Source of the DNA: an uncultured Enterobacteriaceae bacterium
GTDB lineage: Bacteria; Pseudomonadota; Gammaproteobacteria; Pseudomonadales; Pseudohongiellaceae
Length of the DNA stretch: 64,000 nucleotides
NCBI GenBank assembly: GCA_964490145.1
Contig: CAZBBS010000004.1
Location: forward strand, 261-64,260
Direction of reading: 5' to 3'
Shown here: positions 10,717 through 22,094 of the stretch, piece after piece
Layout: every line of letters begins with the position of its first letter
Numbering within the stretch: the stretch's first letter is position 1
Translations under genes and position numbers: made by a program
The notes under the pieces: generated by a model
Told to the model about the DNA's origin: nothing
What the model saw: the letters and a program-made list of their open reading frames with translations, nothing else
The model's database searches: none

Positions 10717-12159
10717 CTATCTGGCCAATTTTTCCTTGAGCATTTTGTTCACCTGCCCGGGATTGGCTTTACCCTGGGAGGCTTTCATGATCTGGCCGAC
10801 AAAGAAGCCGATCACCTGTTCCTTGCCTTCCTTGAACTGCTGCACCTGAGCCGGGTTGTTGGCAATGACTTCATCCACCATGGCCTCGATGGCACCGGTA
10901 TCTGTCACCTGCTTCAGGCCTTTGCTTTCGATGATGGTGTCGGCATCGCCTTCGCCAGCCACCATGGCCTCAAAGACTGTTTTGGCAATTTTTGAGGAAA
11001 TGGTGTTGTCGATGATGCGTTTGATCAGGCCGGCCAGGGCGTCGGCGCTGATGACACTCCTGCTGATCGGTAACTCTTCCTTATTGAGGTAGGCCTGCAA
11101 GTCACCCATGACCCAGTTGGCAGACAGCTTTGCATCATTGCAGCCGGAAACCACGTCCTCAAAATAGTTGGCGGTATTCAGGTCGCTGGACAGCACCATG
11201 GCGTCATAGTCACTCAGGCCATACTGTTCACAGAAACGCTTGTGTTTCACATCCGGCAGTTCGGGCAGGGTGGCGCGAACGGCTTCAATGAACTCATCGT
11301 CGATTACCACGGGCAGCAGATCCGGTTCCGGGAAATAGCGGTAGTCGTTGGCCACTTCCTTGCTGCGCATGGAGCGGGTTTCGTTTTTGTCGGAATCGTA
11401 AAGACGGGTTTCCTGGATGATTTCGCCGCCGTCCTCAACGATGTCGATCTGGCGTTCCACTTCCACATTGATGGCTTTTTCCACGAAGCGGAATGAATTG
11501 ATGTTCTTGAGCTCTGTCCGGTTGCCCAGCTTGTCACTGCCTTTGGGGCGTATGGAGACGTTGGCATCACAGCGCATGGAGCCCTGGGACATGTCGCCAT
11601 CGGAAATGCCCAGGTACAGAATCAGTGAGTGAAGTTTCTTCAGATAGGCAACAGCTTCCTTGGCGCTGCGAAGATCGGGCTCGGATACGATTTCCAGCAG
11701 GGGAGTGCCTGCCCGATTCAGATCGATCCCGGTTTTGCCATGGAAATCCTCATGCAGGGACTTGCCGGCATCCTCTTCCATATGGGCGCGGGTGACGCCG
11801 ATGGTTTTCTGGGTGCCATCCTCCATATCAATAACCAGCTGGCCCTTGCCTACCGTGGGGTAATCGAGTTGGGAGGTCTGGTAGCCCTTGGGCAGGTCAG
11901 GATAGAAATAGTTTTTGCGGTCGAAAATGGATTTCATCCCTATCTGTGCATCAATGGCCAGACCGAATTTAACGGCCATCTTCAGGGCTTCCTTGTTGAG
12001 CACTGGCAGTGTGCCGGGCATGGCCAGGTCGTAGATACTGGCCTGTGTGTTTGGCTCAGCACCAAAGGCGGTGCTGGTGCCTGAAAAAAGCTTGGATGCC
12101 GTGGCCAGTTGCACATGCACTTCAAGGCCAATAACTGTTTCCCATTCCATCTCTGACAT
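10717..12159 (-). CDS. gatB: Asp/Glu-tRNA amidotransferase subunit B
   Basis: 480 aa with the N-terminus [13 protein letters not shown] and a C-terminal YqeY-like domain. It sits in the gatCAB operon. Confidence 0.95.
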   Translation of the reverse strand: MSEMEWETVIGLEVHVQLATASKLFSGTSTAFGAEPNTQASIYDLAMPGTLPVLNKEALKMAVKFGLAIDAQIGMKSIFDRKNYFYPDLPKGYQTSQLDYPTVGKGQLVIDMEDGTQKTIGVTRAHMEEDAGKSLHEDFHGKTGIDLNRAGTPLLEIVSEPDLRSAKEAVAYLKKLHSLILYLGISDGDMSQGSMRCDANVSIRPKGSDKLGNRTELKNINSFRFVEKAINVEVERQIDIVEDGGEIIQETRLYDSDKNETRSMRSKEVANDYRYFPEPDLLPVVIDDEFIEAVRATLPELPDVKHKRFCEQYGLSDYDAMVLSSDLNTANYFEDVVSGCNDAKLSANWVMGDLQAYLNKEELPISRSVISADALAGLIKRIIDNTISSKIAKTVFEAMVAGEGDADTIIESKGLKQVTDTGAIEAMVDEVIANNPAQVQQFKEGKEQVIGFFVGQIMKASQGKANPGQVNKMLKEKLAR

Positions 12160-12168
12160 TATCCTCTG

Positions 12169-13620
12169 TTACTTGCCGGGTGCACGTTTGTGCCAGTCGG
12201 TGGCCAACTGGAACTGGTGGGCGACGTTGAGCAGTTGCGCTTCGGCAAAATCCCTGCCCACGATCTGCAGGCCGATGGGGAGATTGTTCACCAGGCCGAC
12301 AGGAATCGACATGCCGGGCAATCCCGCCAGATTCACGGCTATCGTGTAAATGTCTTCCAGGTACATGGTGACCGGGTCATCATTCTTGGAGCCGATGGGG
12401 AAGGCCGTGTGGGGTGATGTCGGCCCCATGATGACATCCACGTCTTCGAAGGCGCGCTGGAAATCATTCTTGATCAAACGGCGGATTTTCTGGGCCTTGA
12501 TGTAATAGGCGTCGTAATAGCCGGCGGACAGGGCATAGGTGCCTACCATGATGCGGCGTTTGACCTCGGCACCGAAGCCTTCGCTGCGGCTGCGCTTGTA
12601 CATGTCTTCCAGGTCGCTCGGGTTTTCGCAGCGGTAACCATAACGGACGCCGTCATATCGGGACAGGTTGGCAGAAGCTTCGGCAGGGGCAATCACGTAA
12701 TAGGCAGACACCGACAGGTGGCTGTTATCCAGACTGACCTCTTTGACGGTGGCGCCAAGTTTTTCAAATTCAGCCACGGCATCACGAATGACTTTTTCAA
12801 CATCGCTGTTCAGACCTTCAGAGAAGTGCTGTACGGGCAGGCCGATCTTCAGACCGTTCAGCGGTTTGTCCAGGCTGGCGGTGTAATCCTCGGTCGGTGC
12901 TTCGCTGCAGGTGGAATCCCTGGGATCGCTGCCCGCCATAACATTGAGCATCATGGCCGCGTCTTCGGCAGACTGGGTCATGGTACCGGCCTGGTCGAGA
13001 CTGGAGGCAAAGGCCACCATCCCCCATCGGGAAACCCGGCCATAGGTGGGTTTCAGACCGGTGATGCCGGTAAAGGATGCGGGCTGGCGAATGGAACCGC
13101 CGGTGTCGGTAGCTGTAGCACCGGCACATAAGCGGGCAGCGACGGCAGCGGCCGAACCGCCGGAAGACCCCCCTGGCACCAGGCTGCGGTTCCAGGGATT
13201 TTTTACCGGGCCATAAAAACTGGTTTCGTTGGATGAGCCCATGGCGAATTCATCCATGTTGGTTTTGCCCAGAACCACGGCACCGGCACGATTGAAATTT
13301 TCCACCACCGTGGCGTCGTACGGTGAGATGAAGTTATCCAGCATTTTTGAGGCGCAGGAGGTTCTGACGCCCTTGGTGCAGAACAGATCCTTGTGCGCGA
13401 TAGGGATGCCGGAGAACGGACCAGCCTCACCTTTACTGCGGGCCTCATCGGCAGCCCTGGCCTGGGCCATGGCCTGTTCTTCACACACAGTGATAAAGGC
13501 ATTGAGGTCGCCGTTTTCACTAGCGATCTGCCTGAGATATTCCTGTGTCAGTTCCAGGCTGGAGAATTCACCGTTAGCCAGTGCCCTGGAAATTTGTGCC
13601 AGGCCGAGTTCAGTCATCAT
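12169..13620 (-). CDS. gatA: Asp/Glu-tRNA amidotransferase subunit A
   Basis: 483 aa with the amidase signature [13 protein letters not shown] and the catalytic Ser-cisSer-Lys context. Confidence 0.95.
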   Translation of the reverse strand: MMTELGLAQISRALANGEFSSLELTQEYLRQIASENGDLNAFITVCEEQAMAQARAADEARSKGEAGPFSGIPIAHKDLFCTKGVRTSCASKMLDNFISPYDATVVENFNRAGAVVLGKTNMDEFAMGSSNETSFYGPVKNPWNRSLVPGGSSGGSAAAVAARLCAGATATDTGGSIRQPASFTGITGLKPTYGRVSRWGMVAFASSLDQAGTMTQSAEDAAMMLNVMAGSDPRDSTCSEAPTEDYTASLDKPLNGLKIGLPVQHFSEGLNSDVEKVIRDAVAEFEKLGATVKEVSLDNSHLSVSAYYVIAPAEASANLSRYDGVRYGYRCENPSDLEDMYKRSRSEGFGAEVKRRIMVGTYALSAGYYDAYYIKAQKIRRLIKNDFQRAFEDVDVIMGPTSPHTAFPIGSKNDDPVTMYLEDIYTIAVNLAGLPGMSIPVGLVNNLPIGLQIVGRDFAEAQLLNVAHQFQLATDWHKRAPGK

Positions 13621-13701
13621 TACTATCCTGCTTTTATTGCTGTCTGGGCAGAGTTAAATCTTGGAGGTCTTGTACAGGTTGCAGCCGCCGGGGTTGATCG
13701 C

Positions 13702-13989
13702 TTATTCGATCACCTTCGGAACCAGGAACAGCCCTTCTTCGCTTTCAGGGGCCAGGGTCTGCAGTTCGTCACGGTGGTTGGACTCGGTCACTTCATCGAC
13801 GCGCAGCCGCTGGACCGCATCAAAGGCATGGGCCAGGGGCTGAACCTCGTCGGTATTAACCGACTGCATCTGGTCGATGAGATTGAGGATGTTGGACATG
13901 CTTTTGGCGGCTTCTTCCTTTTCCTGATCACTCAGGTGCAGGCGGGCCAGATGAGCAATGTTCTCAACGTCGCTTAGGGCTATGGACAT
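13702..13989 (-). CDS. gatC: Asp/Glu-tRNA amidotransferase subunit C
   Basis: The internal ATG at 13989 gives a 95-aa protein, MSIALSDVENIAHLARLHL…, a typical GatC. The longer track ORF adds a non-conserved extension. Confidence 0.9.
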   Translation of the reverse strand: MSIALSDVENIAHLARLHLSDQEKEEAAKSMSNILNLIDQMQSVNTDEVQPLAHAFDAVQRLRVDEVTESNHRDELQTLAPESEEGLFLVPKVIE

Positions 13990-14168
13990 GATTGACTCCG
14001 TGATCAAAAAAGGCAAAAACCAGCTAAAAAAGTGACCTAAATCTGACAAACCAGATTTAATTCTTGCTCTCAGTAATAGTGGTTGCTAGAGTTGCCCGAG
14101 CTGAATCCGCTAATTATACTGGATTAACAACGGATAGAGCCAACCCCCCCGCTTTATTTATCATTTAG

Positions 14169-15233
<1,065 letters not shown>

Positions 15234-15287
15234 GGAGCAAGCGACGTAGATCCAGAATTTCCTGCGATTTGCCCCATTGAATTGAAG

Positions 15288-15321
15288 AAAGCCCGGCCTG
15301 TTAAGGAACCGGGCTTTTTTT
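15288..15321 (+). terminator. rho-independent terminator or attenuator after mreB
   Basis: The stem AAAGCCCGG…CCGGGCTTT is followed by a T7 run. Confidence 0.7.
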
Positions 15322-15443
15322 ATCTCGCTGCCTGATTTTTTTGGCAGAATTTCCCATCCTCCCGGTAATTACCCTTTATCCTTCAACCTATATCTTTTAT
15401 CCTTCGCGCAGCTTCCCTGACACTTCATTAGGGTTTTAACACT

Positions 15444-16262
15444 ATCAAATCGTTATTCATTCAAGGTTCGTCGCAAGGTTATCGACTGCTGGGGCTCGCC
15501 CTGTTGTCGATGGTCATGATGCTTGCCGACAGTCGTTTTGACTACCTCTCCAGAATTCGTTTTTACGCGGCCTACATGGCCACACCATTGCATTGGCTTG
15601 CTGATACTCCCCGGTCCATCCAGGATTCTGTAAACAACAATTTCCAGAGTCGCGGCTATCTCATCGCTGAAAACCAGCGGCTAAAGGAGCAGCTGTTAAT
15701 GCAGCAGTTCACCCTGCAGAAGCTGGGACACCTGGAAGCAGAGAACAAACGTCTCAATGACCTGCTCAATGCCTCGAGTATCGTGGATGAGAAGGGGGTG
15801 CTGGCCCAGTTGACCGGCGAGTCTCCCGATCCGTTTTCCAAGCGGGTGCTGATCAACAAGGGGTCTGCCGAAGGGGTTTATATAGGACAGCCGGTACTGG
15901 ATGCCTACGGGTTGATGGGGCAGGTAGTGGATGTCGAACCCTATTTCAGCTGGGTATTGCTGATCACGGATCCACAGCACTCCACCCCGGTACAAATCAA
16001 CCGCAATGGCAATCGTGCCATTGCCTCGGGAACCCAGGACAGCCAGCATCGCCTGGTGCTCAACAATATTTCAGATACGTTTGATGTCATCGTGGGTGAC
16101 TCTCTGGTGACCTCCGGTTTTGGCGGGCGTTTCCCGGCCGGCTATCCGGTTGGCGTGGTAAGCAGTGTGGAGCATGATCCGGGTGAGCCATTTGCCATCG
16201 TCACCGTTGAACCAACCGCCCAGCTGGATAACACCCGCAATGTACTGCTGGTTTTCAAATAG
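15444..16262 (+). CDS. mreC: rod-shape determining protein MreC (start codon uncertain, possibly non-canonical)
   Basis: It has the MreC coiled-coil and beta-barrel regions (…VTSGFGGRFPAGYPVGVV…). In-frame sequence upstream of the first canonical start (TTG at 15504) aligns without gaps to the E. coli MreC N-terminus. See the findings. Confidence 0.85.
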   Translation: MKSLFIQGSSQGYRLLGLALLSMVMMLADSRFDYLSRIRFYAAYMATPLHWLADTPRSIQDSVNNNFQSRGYLIAENQRLKEQLLMQQFTLQKLGHLEAENKRLNDLLNASSIVDEKGVLAQLTGESPDPFSKRVLINKGSAEGVYIGQPVLDAYGLMGQVVDVEPYFSWVLLITDPQHSTPVQINRNGNRAIASGTQDSQHRLVLNNISDTFDVIVGDSLVTSGFGGRFPAGYPVGVVSSVEHDPGEPFAIVTVEPTAQLDNTRNVLLVFK

Positions 16263-16265
16263 GGA

Positions 16266-16766
16266 TTGAACGTGGGACCTCAAAATTACAGTAGCGGCGG
16301 CTGGGTGATTGTAAGTACTGTCATTCTGGCGGGGCTGTTTTCCATAATTCCGTTGCCGGACTGGCTGGAAGCCTATCGTCCTGAGTGGGCAGCACTGGTC
16401 ATGATCTACTGGGTTATTGCCCTGCCGCACCGGATAGGACTGTTTACCGCCTGGCTTGTCGGGTTGTTCATGGATGTCCTTGAGGGTTCGCTCCTGGGAC
16501 TCAACGCGCTGGCCCTTGCGCTGGTGGCTTATCTTGCCATGAGCCTGTATCAGCGGATGCGTATGTTTACCGCTATTCAGCAAAGCAGTACCGTGCTTAT
16601 CCTGGTGGGCATCCACCAGTTGCTTTCCTTCTGGGTTCTTACAGCCAACAGCCAGAATACGGCGCCGAACCTGATTTTCATGATCTCGGCACTGTCCAGT
16701 GCCATCATCTGGCCTTTTGTGTTTCTGGGGCTCAGGTACCTGCGTCGCAGCTTTCATGTAGGCTGA
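16266..16766 (+). CDS. mreD: rod-shape determining protein MreD
   Basis: 166-aa polytopic membrane protein immediately after mreC. Confidence 0.85.
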   Translation: MNVGPQNYSSGGWVIVSTVILAGLFSIIPLPDWLEAYRPEWAALVMIYWVIALPHRIGLFTAWLVGLFMDVLEGSLLGLNALALALVAYLAMSLYQRMRMFTAIQQSSTVLILVGIHQLLSFWVLTANSQNTAPNLIFMISALSSAIIWPFVFLGLRYLRRSFHVG

Positions 16767-16864
16767 TTCGGCAGCTACGGTAGCAAAAGACTCTTCCCCC
16801 TCTATATAATCCCCCGTTTGATTCAATGTCTCCGGTTCGGGACCGGATTTTCAGGGGGAATGTC

Positions 16865-18988
16865 ATGTCCAATAGCAGAATAATCAAGGGATATGCAGCC
16901 AGTGCACTGCTTTTTCTGGCAGTGGGTTGCAGCCAGGAAGAGCCGGCTTCACAGGCTGACACCCAGGCAGCTGCACCAGCCCGGGCGGCGTCGACCACTG
17001 CCTCCAGTCCGCTCAACACGCATCCCATGGCCCTGCCGCCAGTGGCGGACTGGCCGACCAATGGGGGTTCCTTTTACAACCAGCGCTGGTCGCCCCTGGA
17101 TGAGATCAATCGGGATAACGTGACCAACCTGAAGGCAGTCTGGCGTGCTCACCTGAATGGATCGGGTATGGAAACCAAGCATTCAGCTGAAGGCACCCCG
17201 ATATATCAGGACGGGGTTCTTTACATGAGCACCGGTGATTCTGATGTTTTTGCCGTGGACGTGGAAAGTGGTGAACTGAAGTGGGATTACGTCTCGGTAT
17301 TTCCTGAAGGCATGGGTGAGCAGGTCTGCTGTGGTTGGGACAACCGCGGTGTCGCCATTGGTGGCGGCAAGGTCTATGTTGGGCAGCTGGATGCCAAACT
17401 GGTTGCCCTGGATCAGGAAACCGGTGAGGTGTCCTGGGAAGCCCAGGGTGCCCGCTGGGAGGATGGCTACAGCATCACATCAGCACCCCTGTATTATGAC
17501 GGTCTCGTGATAACCGGTTATGCGGGGGCCGAGAAGGGCGTGCGCGGCCGGGTTCAGGCTTTTGATGCCGAAACCGGAGAAAGCGTCTGGACCTTCTATA
17601 CCATTCCGGGTCCCGGGGAAATTGGTCATGAGACCTGGCCGCAGGACAATGATGTCTGGCAATACGGTGGAGGGACTGTCTGGCAGACGCCGGCCCTTGA
17701 CCCTGATCTGGGGCTTGTCTATTTCTCCACCGGTAATCCTGGCCCTGACATGAACGGTGCCATCCGTCAGGGTGACAACCTGTTTACAGCGTCCATTGTG
17801 GCGGTGGATGTCCGTACCGGCGAATACCGCTGGCACTTCCAGCAGGTGCATCATGACCTGTGGGATTACGATGCCCCGAATCCGGTCATTCTTTTTGATC
17901 TGGACCTCAATGGTGAAACCCGCAAGGCCGTTGCCGAAGCCAGCAAAACCGGTTGGGTCTATATTCTCGATCGCATCACAGGTGAGCCATTGATCGGGAT
18001 AGAGGAAAAGCCGGTACCTCAGCTGGCAGAGCAGTTCACATCCCCGACCCAGCCTCATCCCGTTGGTGATGCTTTTATTCCACAGTTCATTGACGTGGCG
18101 CCCGAAGGAACCCCTCTGGTCAACCAGGGCCGCATTTTCACGCCTTTCCTGTATGAACCCGTCCTGGTTCAGCCAGGCCTCGCCGGTGGCGCCAACTGGG
18201 CACCCAGTGCCTATGATCCACAGCGCCAGACCATGTATGTCTGTGCGTCAGAATCTTCCGTTGCCCTGTTCATGGAAGACACCGAAGTGCTTGATGAACA
18301 TGGGACAGAAACCTGGACTGGCGGAAACTTTGGCGGTTCCACCCGCCAGACCAAGGGTATTGTTGCGGCCATTGATATGACCACCAACAAGCTGGTCTGG
18401 CAGTTCCGCTGGCAGGATGCCTGTTATTCCGGCTTCCTCTCCACCGCAGGTGACCTGTTGTTTGTTGGTCGCAGCGACGGTCGTCTGACTGCACTGGATA
18501 CCGATACCGGTATGCAGGTATGGGAATTCCAGACAGGTGCGGGTATGAATGCCCCGGCCATCAGTTTCGAGAAGGACGGCACACAGTACATCGCTGCCTA
18601 CTCTGGTGGCAACCTGTTCCAGGGATCCGCCCGCGGGGACAGCCTGTGGCTATTCTCTCTGGAAGGCCAGATGGAGCAGACCACGCCTGGCGATACACTC
18701 TCGGGTGTCAGTGGTGGCGGCGCCGGACCAGAAGTGGTCTTTGCCGATGGTGATCCCGATTACGCCGCAGGGGAGACCATCTACAAACAGACCTGTCTGC
18801 CCTGTCATGGAGAAGCCGGCATGGGTGGACACAACAATGCCATGCCGCTCAACAAACTGACCGATATCAACCAGGCTATCACCATCGTGACCACCGGACG
18901 CAACAGCATGCCAACCTTTGCCGGCGCACTGTCACCGGTACAGATTCGTGATGTTGCCGGCTTTGTAGTGGACAGGCTGTTCGAATAG
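16865..18988 (+). CDS. PQQ-dependent dehydrogenase (methanol/ethanol family) with C-terminal cytochrome c domain: a lipoprotein quinohemoprotein
   Basis: It has a signal peptide and lipobox LAVGC, the vicinal Cys-Cys typical of PQQ alcohol dehydrogenases (GEQVCCGWDNRG), repeated W-containing beta-propeller blades, and a C-terminal CLPCHGE heme-c motif with downstream …NSMPTF. The ATG at 16865 is preceded by AGGGGGAA. Confidence 0.85.
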   Translation: MSNSRIIKGYAASALLFLAVGCSQEEPASQADTQAAAPARAASTTASSPLNTHPMALPPVADWPTNGGSFYNQRWSPLDEINRDNVTNLKAVWRAHLNGSGMETKHSAEGTPIYQDGVLYMSTGDSDVFAVDVESGELKWDYVSVFPEGMGEQVCCGWDNRGVAIGGGKVYVGQLDAKLVALDQETGEVSWEAQGARWEDGYSITSAPLYYDGLVITGYAGAEKGVRGRVQAFDAETGESVWTFYTIPGPGEIGHETWPQDNDVWQYGGGTVWQTPALDPDLGLVYFSTGNPGPDMNGAIRQGDNLFTASIVAVDVRTGEYRWHFQQVHHDLWDYDAPNPVILFDLDLNGETRKAVAEASKTGWVYILDRITGEPLIGIEEKPVPQLAEQFTSPTQPHPVGDAFIPQFIDVAPEGTPLVNQGRIFTPFLYEPVLVQPGLAGGANWAPSAYDPQRQTMYVCASESSVALFMEDTEVLDEHGTETWTGGNFGGSTRQTKGIVAAIDMTTNKLVWQFRWQDACYSGFLSTAGDLLFVGRSDGRLTALDTDTGMQVWEFQTGAGMNAPAISFEKDGTQYIAAYSGGNLFQGSARGDSLWLFSLEGQMEQTTPGDTLSGVSGGGAGPEVVFADGDPDYAAGETIYKQTCLPCHGEAGMGGHNNAMPLNKLTDINQAITIVTTGRNSMPTFAGALSPVQIRDVAGFVVDRLFE

Positions 18989-19001
18989 GCGGAGTCAGGA
19001 T

Positions 19002-19523
19002 TTGCGTTTTCGATTTTCCTGCCTGCTGCTTGCATTGAATCTGCTCACAGGCTGTGCTGCCTTTTTTGACGGCCCGGCCTGGCCTGGGCAGGCCTATCCC
19101 CGGGATTATTTTGTTGCAGCCTACCGGGAAGACCACATGGCCCAGATGTACCAGACAGAGGACGATTATCTGTTGTGGGTTACCCGGTTTTATTACGGCA
19201 GCACAATAGCCCCCGGCTGGCTGGACCTGACCCGTCAGGTGCTCGATAAAGTTGGGCAGCCTGATCGTCGCCAGGCAGCCGACAGGCTGTTTCATCTGGG
19301 TGGGCGTATAGGCAGTGAATGGGCCAAGCCAAACGGGGTGAGGCGCCTGAATACCCGCAACGCCGCTGTCTGGCGGGATGCCCTGATCGAATCCATTGCC
19401 CAGGGGGAGCTGTTTGAATACATGGACCGTGTGGAAAATGATGTGGAGAGCATCATCGCGGGTGAACTCGACAGTGAAGAAATTTATTTCGAACGGTATT
19501 ACGTAGACGAATTTGATTTCTGA
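19002..19523 (+). CDS. hypothetical lipoprotein
   Basis: 173 aa with lipobox LLTGC. GGAG lies 7 nt upstream of the TTG start. It begins 13 nt after the dehydrogenase stop. Confidence 0.6.
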   Translation: MRFRFSCLLLALNLLTGCAAFFDGPAWPGQAYPRDYFVAAYREDHMAQMYQTEDDYLLWVTRFYYGSTIAPGWLDLTRQVLDKVGQPDRRQAADRLFHLGGRIGSEWAKPNGVRRLNTRNAAVWRDALIESIAQGELFEYMDRVENDVESIIAGELDSEEIYFERYYVDEFDF

Positions 19524-19542
19524 TAACACAACCGGGGGGAAT

Positions 19543-20958
19543 ATGAAAAATTGGACGGAAGATGCAGCGGCTATCCTCCTGGGTTTTCTCATTATCACTC
19601 TGGCGCTTTGTGCCTTCCTTCTGATCCCGTTTGGGGAAGTGAATCCAGCGCTGCATGAAGCCTCATCTGTGAGCGGTTTTGATCTTTCCGCCTGGATAGA
19701 CAGCCATGACACCGGCAATGTGCTGACAGCCCTGTTGTCCGAAACGGTCAACGGGGCCCGTCCAGGGCGCTGGACCCTCAATCCACTTTCAGCCTTCACC
19801 TTGGACTTTCTGGTTTCCGCCATCGGGTTTTACTTTTTTCTGGGCATCCTGTTTGCCGGGGTGTCGCTGATGATGGGGCGTCAGGCCACGGCTTTCCTGA
19901 AAGGGTTTGTGCTGGTTTTTTCTCTCGCGGTTGCAGCGTATTTACTGGCCAACCAGGTGGACTTTCGCAATATGGGGCTGGGCTATGCCCTGTGGGCAAT
20001 CCTGCTGGGCCTGTTTGTGAGTAATGTGTTCGGGATACCTGATGTTGTTCGACCAGCACTACAGCCAGAGCTGTATATCAAAACCGGATTGATCCTGCTG
20101 GGCGGAGAAGTGCTCTTTGGCAAGATTCTGGCTATAGGCCTGCCGGGCATCTTTGTGGCCTGGGTAGTAACACCGGTGGTCCTGGTGAGTACCTACTGGT
20201 TTGGCCAGAAGGTCCTGAAAATCAGCTCAAAAACCCTCAATATCACCATCAGTGCGGATATGTCCGTTTGCGGGGTATCTGCAGCCATTGCAACAGCAGC
20301 AGCCTGCAAGGCCAGTCGGGAAGAATTGACCACGGCTGTCGGGCTGTCGATGATTTTTACCTCCATCATGATGGTGGCGCTACCTGCGTTTATCAATGCG
20401 GTAGGCATGCCGGAAGTGCTGGGCGGCGCCTGGATTGGCGGGACCATAGATGCCACCGGTGCGGTGGTGGCAGCAGGAGCATTTCTGGGCGATACGGCAC
20501 TGAATGTTGCCGCCACCATCAAGATGATCCAGAACATCCTGATCGGCGTGCTGGCCTTTGGTGTAGCCATGTACTGGACCACGAAAGTGGACAGGAGCGC
20601 TGGACAGACTGTTGGCATTTCTGAAATCTGGCTGCGCTTTCCCAGGTTTGTTCTGGGTTTTCTTGGCGCCAGCATTGTGTTTTCCCTGCTGGTCGAAATG
20701 CTGGATCCGAATACGGCCATCGTACTGATAGAGGAGGGTGTTCTGGATTTCACGTCCGACATGCGTGGTTGGCTGTTCTGTCTGGCCTTCACCAGTATCG
20801 GTCTATCAGCCAATTTCCGTGAGCTGAAATCCCAGTTCCATGGCGGTAAACCACTGGTGCTGTATCTGTGCGGCCAGACTCTGAATTTGTGCCTGACCTT
20901 ACTGATGGCCTGGATCATGTTCTACCAGGTCTTTCCTGAAATCACCGAAAGCCTGTAA
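19543..20958 (+). CDS. YeiH/UPF0324-family (putative sulfate exporter family) membrane transporter with N-terminal extension
   Basis: Polytopic protein with a UPF0324-like C-terminal two thirds (…[19 protein letters not shown]…). The ATG at 19543 is preceded by GGGGGGA. Confidence 0.75.
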   Translation: MKNWTEDAAAILLGFLIITLALCAFLLIPFGEVNPALHEASSVSGFDLSAWIDSHDTGNVLTALLSETVNGARPGRWTLNPLSAFTLDFLVSAIGFYFFLGILFAGVSLMMGRQATAFLKGFVLVFSLAVAAYLLANQVDFRNMGLGYALWAILLGLFVSNVFGIPDVVRPALQPELYIKTGLILLGGEVLFGKILAIGLPGIFVAWVVTPVVLVSTYWFGQKVLKISSKTLNITISADMSVCGVSAAIATAAACKASREELTTAVGLSMIFTSIMMVALPAFINAVGMPEVLGGAWIGGTIDATGAVVAAGAFLGDTALNVAATIKMIQNILIGVLAFGVAMYWTTKVDRSAGQTVGISEIWLRFPRFVLGFLGASIVFSLLVEMLDPNTAIVLIEEGVLDFTSDMRGWLFCLAFTSIGLSANFRELKSQFHGGKPLVLYLCGQTLNLCLTLLMAWIMFYQVFPEITESL

Positions 20959-20973
20959 GCGGAGCAGCCTGTC

Positions 20974-21192
20974 ATGAAGTCAAAATTATTGTATTGCATG
21001 CTTCTCATTACCGGGCTGGTTCTGCTGCAACAGGTGATAGCCGCGACAACGTCCCATGTTCCTGTCATGGAAAGGCAGTCTGCTCTCATCATGGCCAATG
21101 ATCTGGATCCATCAGCCTTGTTCTATATGGAAATCGATCAGGCGCTGGATGCAGAAAAACAGGTCCGGCGAACGCTGGCAGCCCGGCAATGA
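20974..21192 (+). CDS. small secreted hypothetical protein
   Basis: 72 aa with a plausible signal peptide (MKSKLLYCMLLITGLVLLQQVIAAT). GGAG lies upstream. It is tightly packed between the transporter and the PepSY gene. Confidence 0.4.
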   Translation: MKSKLLYCMLLITGLVLLQQVIAATTSHVPVMERQSALIMANDLDPSALFYMEIDQALDAEKQVRRTLAARQ

Positions 21193-21211
21193 TGACCGTT
21201 GGGCGGGTCGA

Positions 21212-22093
21212 GTGAACAACTGGCAGCGCTGGGTTCAGGCCCCGCAGACTCTCGGGTTTCGCCGTTTCCTGTTTCAGGTGCATCTCTGGCTGGGTATCGG
21301 ATTCGGTTTGTATATTCTGGCCATCAGTGTCAGCGGCTCGGCTGTGGTGCTCAGGCCGCAGCTAAATCGCTGGTTTGTGCCGAGTCAGGTTGCCTCAAGT
21401 GAAGGCAAGCCTCTTGAGGGAGCGGCGCTGGAGCAGCGCATCTCACAAATCTATAGCGGCTATACCGTCACCAATATCGTGCCTTCAACGCGGCCCGGAC
21501 GAGCCATTTATGTAGCCTTGTCCAGGAACGGGGAGGACAGTTCAAGGTTTTTTGACCAGTACGCAGGCAATGATCTTGGAAATTCCTACCCCTGGCAGGT
21601 GCAGACGGTGGAATGGCTTACCCGCTTCCATGATGACCTGTTGCTGGATCGGCGAACCGGCCGCATGATTAACGGCATCGGCGGCATGCTTTTCCTGGTC
21701 ATGACATTCTCAGGAATGGTGCTCTGGTGGCAGGGGCGGCGGCGCTGGAAAGACGGACTGCAGCTTAAAAGGGACAGTTCCCATTCCCTGATGTTCCAAC
21801 TGCATTCCTTTCTGGGTTTCTGGACCCTCCTGCTGATGCTGGCCTGGGGGCTGACCGCCATTTATTTTGCCTTTCCCCAACCCTTTGACTTCATCATCGA
21901 TGTCCTGGATCAGGATCTTGACGATTTTGACAGACCGGACAAATGGCTGCTGTTTCTGATTGATCTGCATTTTGGCCGCTTCCGGGGCTCCTGGCTGGCC
22001 TATGTGTGGGTGTTTCTGGGCCTGTTGCCAGCGTTTATGTTTATCAGTGGCTTCGTCATGTGGTACCGGCGGGTGCTCAGGCGGATCCTCTGA
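21212..22093 (+). CDS. PepSY-associated TM-helix protein
   Basis: …FRRFLFQVHLWLGIGFGLYILAISVSGSAVVL… is typical of PepSY_TM proteins. I chose the in-frame GTG at 21212. The track start at 21056 overlaps the preceding ORF by 137 nt. Confidence 0.7.
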   Translation: MNNWQRWVQAPQTLGFRRFLFQVHLWLGIGFGLYILAISVSGSAVVLRPQLNRWFVPSQVASSEGKPLEGAALEQRISQIYSGYTVTNIVPSTRPGRAIYVALSRNGEDSSRFFDQYAGNDLGNSYPWQVQTVEWLTRFHDDLLLDRRTGRMINGIGGMLFLVMTFSGMVLWWQGRRRWKDGLQLKRDSSHSLMFQLHSFLGFWTLLLMLAWGLTAIYFAFPQPFDFIIDVLDQDLDDFDRPDKWLLFLIDLHFGRFRGSWLAYVWVFLGLLPAFMFISGFVMWYRRVLRRIL

Positions 22094-22094
22094 T

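Noticed and set aside
16071-16826. 251-aa minus-strand ORF, and the similar 18879..19823 ORF (314 aa)
   Set aside because: They are antisense to mreC/mreD and to the dehydrogenase, lipoprotein and transporter genes respectively. Both are low-complexity shadow ORFs.
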